Virus record (IMG/VR): IMGVR_UViG_2606217118_000001
DNA: 44,417 bases
Source of the DNA: a virus
Lineage: Duplodnaviria; Heunggongvirae; Uroviricota; Caudoviricetes
Strand: one strand, 5' to 3'
Shown here: in pieces, positions 11,693-26,513 of the stretch
Numbering within the stretch: the stretch's first letter is position 1
How the letters are laid out: each line of letters starts with the position of its first letter
The notes under the pieces: model-generated
Databases searched by the model: none
What the model was told of the DNA's origin: nothing
The model's input: the letters and a program-made list of their open reading frames with translations, nothing else
Position numbers and translations under genes: made by a program

Positions 11693-14250
11693 CGTCCACC
11701 TCCGGAGAACAGGCCACCATCACGCATCTGTGTCTGAATTTCATCACGGGCACCCTTGCGGGCCATGTCATACACTGCCTTCATCATCTGTGGACCTGGC
11801 AGACCATTCGTACCGTCGTTCTGAATCACCACGTGATTGTTCTGATTAAAATTAATGCCTTCAGCCCGCCGCATCTGCGCCGGACTTCCGGCACCGCCCA
11901 CATAACCACCTTCCGCATAGCCCCGCATCAGGCGGTACAGGTTGCCGACACCAATCCGGCTGGTTGCCTCCTTCGTGAAGACAAATTCACCACGGTGAAC
12001 AATCCCCGCTGGCTCATATTTGCCGCCGGTTCCCGTAAATCCCCCGGTCGCAAAATGGAATTTCGCCGCAGCTGCCTGAATGGCTGTACCGCCTGACGCG
12101 GATGCGCCGCCACCAACAGCCCCGCCAATGGCGCTGCCGATACTCCCGACAATCCCCACCATTGCCTGCTTAAGCAGAATTTCTGTCATCATGGACAGCA
12201 CGGAACGGGTGAAGCTGCGCCAGTTCTGCTCACTGCCGGTCAGCATCGCCGCCATATTCTGTGCAATACCATCAAAGGTCTGCGTGGCAGCACTTTTAAC
12301 CTGCGACATACTGTCCGTGGCGCTCTCTTCCCACTCACTCCAGCCGGACTTCAGGCCTGCCATCCAGCTCCCGCGAAGCTGGTCTTCAGCCGCCCAGGTC
12401 TTTTTCTGCTCTGACATGACGTTATTCAGCGCCAGCGGATTATCGCCCTACTGTTCCTTCAGGCGCTGTTCCGTGGCTTCCCGTTCTGCCTGCCGGTCAG
12501 TCAGCCCCCGGCTTTTCGCATCAATGGCGGCCCGTTTTGCCCGTTGCTGCTGTGCGAATTTATCCGCCTGCTGCGCCAGCGCGTTCAGGCGCTCCTGATA
12601 CGTAACCTTGTCGCCAAGTGCAGCCAGCTGGCGTTTGTACTCCAGCGTCTCATCTTTATGCGCCAGCAGGGATTTCTCCTGTGCAGACAGCTGGCGACGT
12701 TGCGCCGCCTCCTCCAGTACCGCGAACTGACTCTCCGCCTTCCACAAATCCCGGCGCTGCTGGCTGATTTTCTCATTTGCTCCGGCATGCCTCTCCAGCG
12801 TCCGGAGTTCAGCCTGAAGCGTCAGCAGGGCAGCATGAGCACTGTCTTCCTGACGATCGCCCGCAGACACCTTCACGCCGGACTGTTTCGGCTTTTTCAG
12901 CGTCGCTTCATAGTCCTTTTTCGCCGCCGCCATCAGCGTGTTGTAATCTGCCTGCAGAATTTTCCCGTCCTTCAGTGCCTTGTTCAGTTCTTCCTGACGG
13001 GCGGTATATTTCTCCAGCGGCGTCTGCAGCCGTTCGTAAGCCTTCTGCGCCTCTTCGGTATATTTCAGCCGTGACGCTTCAGTATCGCTCTGCTGCTGCG
13101 CATTTGTGTCCTGTTGACTCTGCTGTTCAGCCTTCTTTCTCGCGGCTTCAAGCGCAAGACGGGCCTTTTCACGATCATCCCAGTAACGCGCCCGCGCTTC
13201 ATCGTTAACAAAATAATCATCCTTGCGCAGACTCCAGATGTCGTCCGCTTTCTTAAACGCAGCCTCTGCCTTAATCAGCATCTCCTGCGCGGTATCAGGA
13301 CGACCAATATCCAGCACCGCATCCCACATGGATTTGAATGCCCGCGCTGTCCTGTCTGCCCAGGTCTCCAGCGTACCCATGTTCTCTTTCAGGCGGCGGG
13401 TCTGGTCATCAAACCCTTTCGTCGCGGCCTCGTTCGCCGCCTGCAATGCCCCGGCTTCATCGCCGGAACGCTGCAACTGAGCAACATACGCAATCTGCTC
13501 CGCCGTCACGTTATGGAACTGGCGTGCCATCGCCGTCAACCCCGACGTCGGGTCTGTGGTCAGCTTCCCGAAGGCTTCAGCGACCTTGTCCACCTCCACA
13601 CCGGATGCAGAGGAGAAACGCGCCACACTCTGGCTGATGGACGCAATCTGAGCCTCACCGCTTACTCCCGCCTTAACCAGTGCGCTGAGTGACTCGCTGG
13701 TCTGGTTAAACGTCAGCCCTGCCACCTGCCCGGCTCTGGACAGGACCAGCATGCGATCTGCCGTCAGACCCGACTGATTGCCGGAAAGGACCAGCGTTTT
13801 GTTGAAATCGGACAGGGTTGAGTTGCCCTGATACCAGGCATACGCCAGCGCACCGGTCGCCACCGCCAGCGAGGTGGCCCCCACCATCGGCAGGTTGATC
13901 GCACCGGCAAGCCCCCTGAACATGGGGATCATCCCGCCGAAGGAGTCCTTAACCTGCCCCCCCTGTTGCAGCAGGATCAGCCACGGACTTTGCCCGCCTG
14001 CAAGCTGCGTGGCCACGTCGGTGAACTGTGCAGGCAGCATACGCATGGCGGCTTTATACTGTCCGACGGAAATCCCCGCTTTCTGTGCAGCCAGCGCCTG
14101 CCGGTTCATTGACTGTTCAACGACTGCCGCTGTTTTTTTCGCATCACTTTCCGTACCGGAAAAATGACGCCTGACTCTGGCCATCTGCTCGTCAAATCTG
14201 GCCGCATCCAGACTTAAATCAACGACCAGATCGCCTACCGGTTCAGCCAT
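11689..14250 (-). pseudogene. H: Tail tape measure gene H interrupted by an in-frame TAG (amber) codon at 12448-12450
   Basis: ORFs 12448..14250 (600 aa, MAEPVGDLVVDLSLDAARF...) and 11689..12417 (242 aa, ...MRDGGLFSGGGR) are in the same frame separated only by TAG; context ...RLKEQ*GDNPLALNNVMSEQKK. Confidence 0.9.
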
Positions 14251-14677
14251 ACCGGACTCCTCCTGCGATCCCTTCTGATACTGTCATCAGCATTACGTCA
14301 TCCTCCGTCATGTCCGCCACATCCGGGGAAGCGGGGATAACTTCATTCCCGTCCGGGCCAAAACGAACGCCTCCGGCAAGCCCTGCCGCTTTCTGCATCA
14401 GCACATCATCTTCAGGCTCTTCGTCAGCCTCGCGCCGGTTCAGCAGACTGAAATCCAGCGGATGCATCTCCGGATCGCTGAAAAACAGGCTGAGCACGGT
14501 GTACGTCAGCCCGGAAAAGTGCATATCCAGCAGAACATCATGAAAATAATGGGTACTGTAAAAGCGGTGCCAGTCGGCATACTCCGTGGATGACATCCCG
14601 GCAAGCATGGCGCGCCAGTCGGGTCGCCCCATCTCACGCGCCAGTTTCAGGGCAAAACTCAGCTCACCGTCGAACAC
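14243..14677 (-). CDS. T: Tail assembly chaperone T portion, expressed as G-T fusion by -1 frameshift
   Basis: 144 aa ORF in -1 frame overlapping 3' end of G; begins at slippery site. Confidence 0.9.
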   Translation of the reverse strand: MFDGELSFALKLAREMGRPDWRAMLAGMSSTEYADWHRFYSTHYFHDVLLDMHFSGLTYTVLSLFFSDPEMHPLDFSLLNRREADEEPEDDVLMQKAAGLAGGVRFGPDGNEVIPASPDVADMTEDDVMLMTVSEGIAGGVRYG

Positions 14678-15081
14678 TTTCCCGCAGAAACAGGCACTGC
14701 AGGCCCGGCGTCCTCTGCCTGTTCAGGAGCATCATTCACCACAAACTCATACATACCGGACAGCCGGTACACCACGTTTTCAGCATGAGAAATTGCCTCT
14801 GTGGGCCAGGTGGTAAGCACTTCCTGCTCAATCTGTTTAACGGCTTCATTCATGGAAGGCAGCTTTGTCTTCTGCGGATGGTTATGCCACAGGGACATCG
14901 CTACCACAAAAGCACCGGTTCTGATGGCGTCTTCCACAGTAAACTTCCGGTTGCTGTCTGACTCCGCCTGTTCTGCCTGCCGTTTCATCAGGTCGAGATG
15001 CTCAATACGCTGCAGGGCTGACAGTTCAGAAAGCGTGACGGTCACACCGTTATGTTCAAATGATTCGGTTTTCAGGAACAT
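14659..15081 (-). CDS. G: Tail assembly chaperone G
   Basis: 140 aa, MFLKTESFEHNGVTVTLSELSALQRIEHLDLMKRQAEQ... Confidence 0.95.
   Translation of the reverse strand: MFLKTESFEHNGVTVTLSELSALQRIEHLDLMKRQAEQAESDSNRKFTVEDAIRTGAFVVAMSLWHNHPQKTKLPSMNEAVKQIEQEVLTTWPTEAISHAENVVYRLSGMYEFVVNDAPEQAEDAGPAVPVSAGKCSTVS
14677..14683 (-). promoter_or_regulatory. Programmed -1 ribosomal frameshift slippery heptamer GGGAAAG (G to G-T)
   Basis: Minus-strand GGGAAAG located a few codons before G stop, exactly where the T frame opens. Confidence 0.85.
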
Positions 15082-15096
15082 CGCTGACTCTCCGGA

Positions 15097-15837
15097 TTAA
15101 CTGGCGGTGACGTTGATTTCTGCAACCGCAGCAAACTCACCATTACCAGATACGACCGGAATGTTGACCTTGCCTGCAGCAACACCTTTCACGGTGATGG
15201 TCATACCACTGACCGACACGGTGGCTTTTGTTTTATCCGCAGACACCGCACGGAAGCTCTTGTCGGTTGCGCCATCCGGCTGGAATGCCACGGTCAGCGT
15301 GGTGCTCTGCCCTTTCACTACGGAAGCACTGGCGGGTGTCACCGTCATGCCGGTCGTCGCCGTCACCGTGCTGCGATCTTCTGCCATCGACGGACGGCCC
15401 ACATTGGTGACCTTCACCGTGCGGGTAATCACTTCCTTCGCCGTCACCGCCTTACCGATACTGCTGACCCAGCCACGGAACACATCGACCGTGCCGTTCG
15501 GGAAGCGGATTTTATAGGCACGGGTATCACCTTCATTAAACCACGCCAGCAGCGCCTGCTGCCCCTGCTCTCCGGGCATCCACGCCAGCGTGAAGCTGGT
15601 ATCTCCGGCAGATTTCTGCCCCTGCCCGGTCGCAGTCCAGTCTGCATCTTCATCATCGAGATAGCTGTCGTCATAGGACTCAGCGGTCAGTTCGCCGGGC
15701 GTCAGGTCTTTAACTTTTGCCAGACGCGACCAGTCAACGTCTGAAAGCGGGTTCGCATAAGGGTCACCGCTCCCCTTATAAACCCACAGGGTGGTTCCGG
15801 CACCTTTCACCGGTATTGCTGGATTTGGTACAGGCAT
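15097..15837 (-). CDS. V: Major tail tube protein V
   Basis: Start taken at [22 protein letters not shown] (246 aa) inside the longer 256 aa ORF; C-terminal Ig-like domain. Confidence 0.95.
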   Translation of the reverse strand: MPVPNPAIPVKGAGTTLWVYKGSGDPYANPLSDVDWSRLAKVKDLTPGELTAESYDDSYLDDEDADWTATGQGQKSAGDTSFTLAWMPGEQGQQALLAWFNEGDTRAYKIRFPNGTVDVFRGWVSSIGKAVTAKEVITRTVKVTNVGRPSMAEDRSTVTATTGMTVTPASASVVKGQSTTLTVAFQPDGATDKSFRAVSADKTKATVSVSGMTITVKGVAAGKVNIPVVSGNGEFAAVAEINVTAS

Positions 15838-15844
15838 ATCGTCC

Positions 15845-16240
15845 TCACATTTCATAGGTAATGACATACGTCAGATCGGCAGAACTCCACAAGCCCGCAT
15901 CATCGTCGCGCCGGTAGTCATAGCCACTGGCCACCATACTGGTGATCAAATCTGACAGTGCCGGGATATCGCTCATCACCGGATAAATCCGGGACTCCAT
16001 CCACGCATCCAGCTCTGAATCCGGCACCTGAGCAGGCAGGAAAACTTCAATATGCAGCTCCGCCTGCCAGGTATCGCTGTCCAGCTCTTCGCCCGTGTAT
16101 TCAGCGCCGGTGAGATAAACGGCAATTGCCGGAAAATCTTCCTCATCAAAAACAGCAGGGCGACCATCAAAAAACGTCGCCCCGGTGTCATGCTTCTCCA
16201 GTGCATCCAGTACGGCTGCACGGAGTTCAGTATGTTTCAT
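15845..16240 (-). CDS. U: Tail terminator protein U
   Basis: 131 aa, [43 protein letters not shown]... Confidence 0.95.
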   Translation of the reverse strand: MKHTELRAAVLDALEKHDTGATFFDGRPAVFDEEDFPAIAVYLTGAEYTGEELDSDTWQAELHIEVFLPAQVPDSELDAWMESRIYPVMSDIPALSDLITSMVASGYDYRRDDDAGLWSSADLTYVITYEM

Positions 16241-16815
16241 CGCTTTATTACCATCCTCAGTTGATGCTGCAGCGCATAGCCCAGCTCTTTCGGAAGACGC
16301 TCACGCCGTATCCGCTCAATATTCTGTTTAAACGCCGTGGTCAGCGGCACCGCCATCGGGATTTTCACCACATCAATGGGGTAACGGTTTTTCCCGGCCA
16401 CACGCTGCATGACATGCCAGCGGCCATTTTTCAGTTGCTGAATAAACGCGCCGGGAATACGACGGTTTCCCACCACAAGCACGCTGCCGCCACCTTTCAG
16501 GGCTGAACGCTGCCCCTTTTTACGACGCCTGCGTCGGGACAGGACAATCCGCGCGTTACCCAGCTTTATTACGGGCAAATCCCCCCGGTTAACCTTGATT
16601 CTGGCCTGCGGATTTTTGACCGTGGCCCTTTTCAGCCAGGCCCTTTCCTTTACCAGTTTCCGGCGTACCTTTGTCTCACGGGCAACCTGTGACGCCGACT
16701 GCGATATCGCGGATGAAGCAACGCGGTTAATGGCCATTGCGGCGGCACCGGGCACCGCCGTTCTGCTGATACGGCTGAGGTTTTCAACGGCCTGCTCAAG
16801 ACCTTTTATGGCCAT
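16237..16815 (-). CDS. Z: Tail completion protein Z
   Basis: 192 aa, MAIKGLEQAVENLSRISRTAVPGAAAMAINRVASS... Confidence 0.95.
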   Translation of the reverse strand: MAIKGLEQAVENLSRISRTAVPGAAAMAINRVASSAISQSASQVARETKVRRKLVKERAWLKRATVKNPQARIKVNRGDLPVIKLGNARIVLSRRRRRKKGQRSALKGGGSVLVVGNRRIPGAFIQQLKNGRWHVMQRVAGKNRYPIDVVKIPMAVPLTTAFKQNIERIRRERLPKELGYALQHQLRMVIKR

Positions 16816-16826
16816 ACATCCCCCTT

Positions 16827-17180
16827 TCAGCGGCGACGGTTAACGGCAGGCGGTACGCCCCGCCCAAGCCAGAGATGACAGCTTCCGCCATCATCCGGCG
16901 AAATCCGGTCTATCCAGAAGTTTTCCTCACCGATGGTCAGCGTGTCGCCGCGCCGCAGCTGCCGCACATCATCAGTCCGGACAAACAGGGACGGGCTGGA
17001 GCCTTCAACGCGTACGCCCTGTCCGGCATAGCTGATATTTTCAGGGTCATCAAAAACACCACGTATTACTGCGCCGGACTGCTCACCGGATGTCATGGTG
17101 GCTGACGTTCCCATGTACCCGCGTATCGTTTCATCGGCGCGGGCAATGGCAGCATCGAACAGGTTATCGAAATCAGCCAC
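16827..17180 (-). CDS. FII: Head-tail joining protein FII
   Basis: 117 aa, MADFDNLFDAAIARADETIRGYMGTSATMTSGEQSGAVIRG... Confidence 0.95.
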   Translation of the reverse strand: MADFDNLFDAAIARADETIRGYMGTSATMTSGEQSGAVIRGVFDDPENISYAGQGVRVEGSSPSLFVRTDDVRQLRRGDTLTIGEENFWIDRISPDDGGSCHLWLGRGVPPAVNRRR

Positions 17181-17191
17181 AGCGCCTCCCG

Positions 17192-17587
17192 TTATTGCAT
17201 TCTGGCCAGGCCGCGCTCTGTCATTTCAGCTGCCACACCGGCAGAGACACGGAACGCCGTTCCCGGCAGCACAAATGCCACAGCCTCATCCCGCGTGGCG
17301 TGAAGTGCATCAGTATGCAGCGTCACCAGTGCCACAACCGTGACCAGATCAGCCGTATCAGTCACGGTATCCGGCTGCGCTGATACCACCTCATTTTCAT
17401 GTCCGGTCAGCGCATTTTCCGGGCTGACAGATGTGTCCTGACCGGCAGCGTCATCCGTGTCATCAAGCTCCTCTTCCAGCTCTGCCACACGGAGCGCCAG
17501 TTCTTCTTTCGTCCCCGTCAGGCTGACATCACGGTTCAGTTGTTCACCCAGCGAGCGGAGACGGGCAATCAGTTCATCTTTCGTCAT
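17192..17587 (-). CDS. FI: DNA packaging protein FI
   Basis: Start at MTKDELIARLRSLGEQLNRD with GGAGGAG SD; longer upstream ORF extension judged non-coding. Confidence 0.9.
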   Translation of the reverse strand: MTKDELIARLRSLGEQLNRDVSLTGTKEELALRVAELEEELDDTDDAAGQDTSVSPENALTGHENEVVSAQPDTVTDTADLVTVVALVTLHTDALHATRDEAVAFVLPGTAFRVSAGVAAEMTERGLARMQ

Positions 17588-17628
17588 GGACTCCTCCACA
17601 GAGAAACAATGGCCCCGAAGGGCCATGA

Positions 17629-18654
17629 TTACGCCAGTTGTACGGACACGAACTCATCAGGGTCAGCCAGCAGCATCAGCGGTGCTGACTGAATCATGGT
17701 GAACTCACGCGCCGGATCGCCGGTGGTCACCCAGTTTTTCGGGTAACGGGCAGAGGCGTTAATGCCTTCGCGCTGTGCGTCCGCATCCTGAATGCAGCCA
17801 TAGGTGCGCAGACCGCGTGCATGAGTGTTACCCAGCACCATCGTGTTGTCCGGCAGGAAGTTCTTTTTGACGCCGTTTTCCACGTACTGTCCGGAATACA
17901 CGACGATGGCCACATCGCCATACATCCCCTTATAGGACACCGCTTTACCCAGGTCTTTCACCGCTGTCTCCAGCTCGGAATGAGAGCCGCGACGGGTATC
18001 CAGCTTCTCCTTGACGGCGTTGAAGGAACGGAACAGCGCCCAGCCTTTCGGATCAAACACGATGATATTCACCACGCCGCTGGCGTTCAGCGCGTAGGCT
18101 TCGATATCGTCGGTCGGGTCATACGTGGACTTGTCACGCTTGCTCCACTCCGTGCCGCCGGACTGCGTGATGTTGTTCGCCGCACTGCGGCCCATATCCA
18201 CCTCAACCGGATCGAAGGCTTCACCGGTCATGGTGTATTTGCCCTTGAGCACGGCAGAAACTGCCTGCATCTCTTCGACCTGAGCAATGGCCAGCTCTTC
18301 GTCACGCATGTTCTGCAGGATGATGCGACGGCGGCGGTAAGCCGGGTCCGCCAGATTCTGCGGATCTTCATCCGGCAGGCGACGCAGGGTCATCTGCGGA
18401 TTCACTTCATGCTTGGGTTTGACATATCCCGGCGTAAATTCAGAGGTGGAGCCGCCACGGGAACGGATAACCTCACCGGAAACAATCGGCGAAACGTACA
18501 GCGCCATGTTTACCAGTCCCGGAATTTGTGAGAGATAGACTTTCTCCGTAGTGAAGGGATAGCTCTCACGGAAAAAGAGACGCAGAAACAGCGGATCAAA
18601 CTTAAATTTCTGCTCATTTGCCGCCAGCAGCTGGGCGGTTGTGTACATCGACAT
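17629..18654 (-). CDS. E: Major capsid protein E
   Basis: Start at MSMYTTAQLLAANEQKFKFDPLFLRLFFRESYPF; 341 aa. Confidence 0.95.
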   Translation of the reverse strand: MSMYTTAQLLAANEQKFKFDPLFLRLFFRESYPFTTEKVYLSQIPGLVNMALYVSPIVSGEVIRSRGGSTSEFTPGYVKPKHEVNPQMTLRRLPDEDPQNLADPAYRRRRIILQNMRDEELAIAQVEEMQAVSAVLKGKYTMTGEAFDPVEVDMGRSAANNITQSGGTEWSKRDKSTYDPTDDIEAYALNASGVVNIIVFDPKGWALFRSFNAVKEKLDTRRGSHSELETAVKDLGKAVSYKGMYGDVAIVVYSGQYVENGVKKNFLPDNTMVLGNTHARGLRTYGCIQDADAQREGINASARYPKNWVTTGDPAREFTMIQSAPLMLLADPDEFVSVQLA

Positions 18655-18709
18655 AAAAAAATCCCGTAAAAAAAGCCGCACAGGCGGCCTTTAGTGATGA
18701 AGGGTAAAG

Positions 18710-19042
18710 TTAAACGATGCTGATTGCCGTTCCGGCAAACGCGGTCCGTTTTTTCGTCTCGTCGCTGGCAGCCTCCGGCCAGAGCACATCCTCATAACGG
18801 AACGTGCCGGACTTGTAGAACGTCAGCGTGGTGCTGGTCTGGTCAGCATCAACCGCCAGAATGCCAACGGCAGCACCGTCGGTGGTGCCATCCCACGCAA
18901 CCAGCTTACGGGTGGAGGTATCCAGCATCAGCGGGGTCATTGCAGGCGCTTTCGCACTCAATCCGCCGGGCGCGGTTGCCGTATGTGCCGGGTCACTGTT
19001 GCCCAGCGGCTGGTAATGGGTAAAGGTTTCTTTGCTCGTCAT
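18710..19042 (-). CDS. D: Head decoration protein D
   Basis: Start at [33 protein letters not shown]; 110 aa. Confidence 0.95.
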   Translation of the reverse strand: MTSKETFTHYQPLGNSDPAHTATAPGGLSAKAPAMTPLMLDTSTRKLVAWDGTTDGAAVGILAVDADQTSTTLTFYKSGTFRYEDVLWPEAASDETKKRTAFAGTAISIV

Positions 19043-19051
19043 AAACATCCC

Positions 19052-20351
19052 TTACACTGGTGTGTTCAGCAAATCGTTAACGGCATCAGATGCCGGGTTA
19101 CCTGCAGCCAGCGGTGCCGGTGCCCCCTGCATCAGACGATCCAGCGCAGTGTCACTGCGCGCCTGTGCACTCTGTGGTGCAGCTGCCAGAATGCGGCGGG
19201 CCGTTTCCACGGTCATACCGGGGGTTTCGGCCAGCACGCGTGCCTGTTCTTCGCGTCCGTGAGCCTCCTCACAGTTGAGGATCCCCATAATGCGACTGTT
19301 TTCTGCCGCAACCGCTGCGGTGATCTGCGCGTTCACGTCCGGCTGCGCCGCGCTGGCGTTCTCGCCCTCCGTCGCTTGCACCACGCCAGTAACGTCAGCC
19401 TGCGAAGCAGTGGCTGAAACAGTTGTTGATTGAGTCTCTTTGGTCATTCGCCCTCCTGAGAGACGGGATTTACGTGCATCCAGTGCATCACGCATGACGG
19501 TGATCGCATCGGTACTGTTAACAAGTTCATCAGCCAGTCCGGCATCAATGGCCTCCTGACCGCTGTACACTGCAGCCTCGGTATCCAGCACAGCCTGCAC
19601 GGACAGGCCGGTATATGCCGACACCTTCTGTGCAAACATCCGGCGGGTTGCATCCATCCGGGACTGCAGTGTTTCCCGGACATCATCCGGTAGATGGCTG
19701 TAGGGGTTGCCATCCACCTTATGGCTGCCGCTGTAAATCAGCGTGATTTCCACGCCCTGTTTCTCCAGCGCAGCACCGTAATTACTGTGAGCCATCATGA
19801 CGCCGATGGAGCCTGTCCGGGCGGTCTGCGTGACCAGACGTCGGGAGGCGGCGCTGGCAAGCAACTGACCTGCACTGCAGTTCATGTCGTTGGCCAGCGC
19901 CCATACCGGCTTTATGTCACGCACACGGGCGATGATGTCAGCGCAGTCAAATGCCCCTGCCACCATCCCGCCTGGCGTATCCATATCGAGCAGAATGCCG
20001 TCCACCATCGGGTCGCTGGCAGCCTGTTGCAGACGGGCGATAATGCCGTTGTAACCGGTCATCCCCGAATACGGCTGCAGCGCTCGCGTCCGACTGACCA
20101 GCGTGCCGGACACCGGCAGCACGGCGATGCCGTTCATGACCTGATAACTGCGGGCCTGTCGTGGTCCGTCATCATCAACGGATAACGCCAGCGCCGCGGG
20201 TGCCTCTCCGGCAGTCAGGCTGTCGCCGGATACCGCATCCGTCAGGCGGCTGATCCCAAGCTGGCCTGCAAGCGCACAAAAGAAAACCCGCGCATAGGCG
20301 GGTTCAAGCATCAGCGGCTCATTAAAGGCCATACTGGCAATATGCGGGAGA

Positions 20352-20371
<20 letters not shown>
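19052..20371 (-). CDS. C: Capsid assembly protease C (scaffold Nu3 is the in-frame C-terminal part)
   Basis: ...TAELRNLPHIASMAFNEPLMLEPAYARVFF; start placed at in-frame GTG 19 nt before B stop, matching lambda gene layout. Confidence 0.9.
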
Positions 20372-24052
<3,681 letters not shown>

Positions 24053-24078
<26 letters not shown>

Positions 24079-24598
24079 TCAGCAACCCCGGTATCAGTTC
24101 ATCCAGCGCGGCTGCTTTGTTCATGGCTTTGATGATATCCCGTTTCAGGAAATCAACATGTCGGTTTTCCAGTTCCGGAAAACGCCGCTGCACCGACAGG
24201 GGGATCCCGTCGAGAATACTGGCAATTTCACCTGCGATCCGCGACAGCACGAAAGTACAGAATGCGGTTTCCACCACTTCAGCGGAGTCTCTGGCATTTT
24301 TCAGCTCCTGTGCGTCGGCCTGCGCACGCGTAAGTCGATGGCGTTCGTACTCAATAGTCCCTGGCTGGAGATCTGTCTCGCTGGCCTGCCGCAGTTCTTC
24401 AACTTCCCGGCGCAGCTTTTCGTTCTCAATTTCAGCATCCCTTTCGGCATACCATTTTATGACGGCGGCAGAGTCATAAAGCACCTCATTACCCTTGCCA
24501 CCGCCTCGCAGAACGGGCATTCCCTGTTCCTGCCAGTTCTGAATGGTACGGATACTCGCACCGAAAATGTCAGCCAGCTGCTTTTTGTTGACTTCCAT
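24053..24598 (-). CDS. nu1: Terminase small subunit Nu1
   Basis: 181 aa, MEVNKKQLADIFGASIRTIQNWQEQGMPVLRGGGKGNEVLYDS... Confidence 0.95.
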
Positions 24599-24599
24599 T

Positions 24600-24830
24600 G
24601 TTCATTCCACGGCCAAAAACAGAGAAAGGAAACGACAGAGGCCCAAAAGCTCGTTTTCAGCACCTGTCGTTTCCTTTCTTTTCAGGGGGTATTTTAAATA
24701 AAAACATTAAGTTACGACGAAGAAGAACGGAAACGCCTTAAACCGGAAAATTTTCATAAATAGCGAAAACCCGCGAGGTCGCCGCCCCGTAACCTGTCGG
24801 ATCACCGGAAAGGACCCGTAAAGTGATAAT
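24600..24830 (-). other. cos: cos site (cosB, cosN, cosQ); cosN 12-nt cohesive end at 24775-24786
   Basis: Reverse complement of 24775-24786 is GGGCGGCGACCT; flanking sequence reads as lambda left end (Nu1 side) and right end (...CGTAACCTGTCGGATCACCGGAAAGG). Confidence 0.9.
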
Positions 24831-24986
24831 GATTATCATCTACATATCACAACGTGCGTGGAGGCCATCAAACCACGTCAAATAATCAATTATGACGCAG
24901 GTATCGTATTAATTGATCTGCATCAACTTAACGTAAAAACAACTTCAGACAATACAAATCAGCGACACTGAATACGGGGCAACCTC

Positions 24987-25220
24987 ATGTCAACGAAGAA
25001 CAGAACCCGCAGAACAACAACCCGCAACATCCGCTTTCCTAACCAAATGATTGAACAAATTAACATCGCTCTTGAGCAAAAAGGGTCCGGGAATTTCTCA
25101 GCCTGGGTCATTGAAGCCTGCCGCCGGAGACTGTGCTCAGAAAAAAGAGTTTCTTCTGAAGCAAACAAAGAAAAGAGTGACATTACTGAATTGCTCAGAA
25201 AACAGGTCAGACCAGATTGA
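24987..25220 (+). CDS. Small conserved prophage protein (YlcI/DUF3950-like)
   Basis: 77 aa, MSTKNRTRRTTTRNIRFPNQMIEQINIALEQKGSGNFSAWVIEACRRRL...; opposite strand to late operon. Confidence 0.6.
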   Translation: MSTKNRTRRTTTRNIRFPNQMIEQINIALEQKGSGNFSAWVIEACRRRLCSEKRVSSEANKEKSDITELLRKQVRPD

Positions 25221-25277
25221 AGCAATTTAGATAATCGTGCAGACTACGCCCCCTCATATCACATGGAAGGTTTATCT

Positions 25278-25688
25278 ATGGATCAGGTAGTCATTTTTAA
25301 ACAAATATTTGATAAAGTTCGAAACGATTTAAACTATCAATGGTTTTATTCTGAGCTAAAACGTCACAATGTCTCACATTACATTTACTATTTAGCCACA
25401 GAGAATGTTCATATTGTATTAAAAAATGATAATACAGTGTTATTAAAGGGCCTAAAAAACATTGTGTCTGTCAAATTTTCAAAGGATAGGCATCTTATAG
25501 AAACGACCTCTAATAAGCTGAAATCCAGAGAGATCACATTTCAGGAATACAGAAGAAACCTTGCTAAAGCAGGAGTTTTTCGGTGGGTTACAAATATCCA
25601 CGAACAAAAAAGATATTACTATACCTTTGATAATTCATTACTCTTTACTGAAAACATACAGAGCACATCACAAATGTTTCCACACTAA
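25278..25688 (+). CDS. Conserved prophage protein of unknown function (YbcV-like)
   Basis: 136 aa from ATG at 25278 preceded by GGAAGG; [38 protein letters not shown]... Confidence 0.6.
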   Translation: MDQVVIFKQIFDKVRNDLNYQWFYSELKRHNVSHYIYYLATENVHIVLKNDNTVLLKGLKNIVSVKFSKDRHLIETTSNKLKSREITFQEYRRNLAKAGVFRWVTNIHEQKRYYYTFDNSLLFTENIQSTSQMFPH

Positions 25689-25988
25689 ACCATAACGTCC
25701 GGTTTCTTCCACCATCGCACCGGAAAAGCGACTATGAGGGTAACCCTGCGTCTGTCAGCACAGTAAAATCCGGTGTGCATCGTTTTTGATTATTCCCGCA
25801 CACTCACGCAGAAGGAATTCCCCGTCGGGCTACGGTCATGGTTAATGCGGGAATACGGCGACGATACAGCGCATGATGTGTCAGGCTTGAATACCTTTAT
25901 CCGTTAAAAGGGATATCAGTTAAGTTATCCCGTGCAGGGTATAAGCCATTATCAAGCCCCCCCGTAGATAGGCTTTGTAATGACATCT

Positions 25989-26513
25989 TCAATTAATCAG
26001 CAGTTCAGGCTGTGTCACCTGCAAGATGTATTCATGCTCGACAGCCAGGACACGCTTCTCTTTCTTCCGTTCGTTCATTAACCGACTGCCGATCGTACCT
26101 TTCAGCTTTGAGCGTGTTTCTTTGATGGCGTAGCGGTGCTGCATTTCTTCGCCAATTGCCATGCGGCGGCTCAGTTGCTCTGCCATCCAGTTGAATGCTG
26201 CGATATAGCTCTCCTTGATTGCCGCAGCAGCTTTCCCGGTGAACCCCATCACAACCATGATCCAGCCATCTTTCGTCAGGCTGTACATCGGGCGAACCTT
26301 GCCCTGCTCATCGATATAATCAGCCGACGCAAAATTGCGTTGGCTAAACTCACGCGAGCAATCAGCCTTAACCTGCTCGATTTTCCTGAGAACATCACCG
26401 TGTCGCTTGCCGAAGTACTTGGCAATTTTTCTGGATGTGGTAACGACCTCTCCGTTTTTGGCTTGCACCATTTCTCGGAAGTCGAAGGCTGGAATAACTG
26501 AATGATTATTCAT
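25989..26513 (-). CDS. rha: Phage regulatory protein, Rha family
   Basis: Start at MNNHSVIPAFDFREMVQAKNGEVVTTSRKIAKYFGKRHGDVLRKIEQ (Rha-type motif); RBS AAGG upstream; longer ORF extension rejected. Confidence 0.7.
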   Translation of the reverse strand: MNNHSVIPAFDFREMVQAKNGEVVTTSRKIAKYFGKRHGDVLRKIEQVKADCSREFSQRNFASADYIDEQGKVRPMYSLTKDGWIMVVMGFTGKAAAAIKESYIAAFNWMAEQLSRRMAIGEEMQHRYAIKETRSKLKGTIGSRLMNERKKEKRVLAVEHEYILQVTQPELLIN

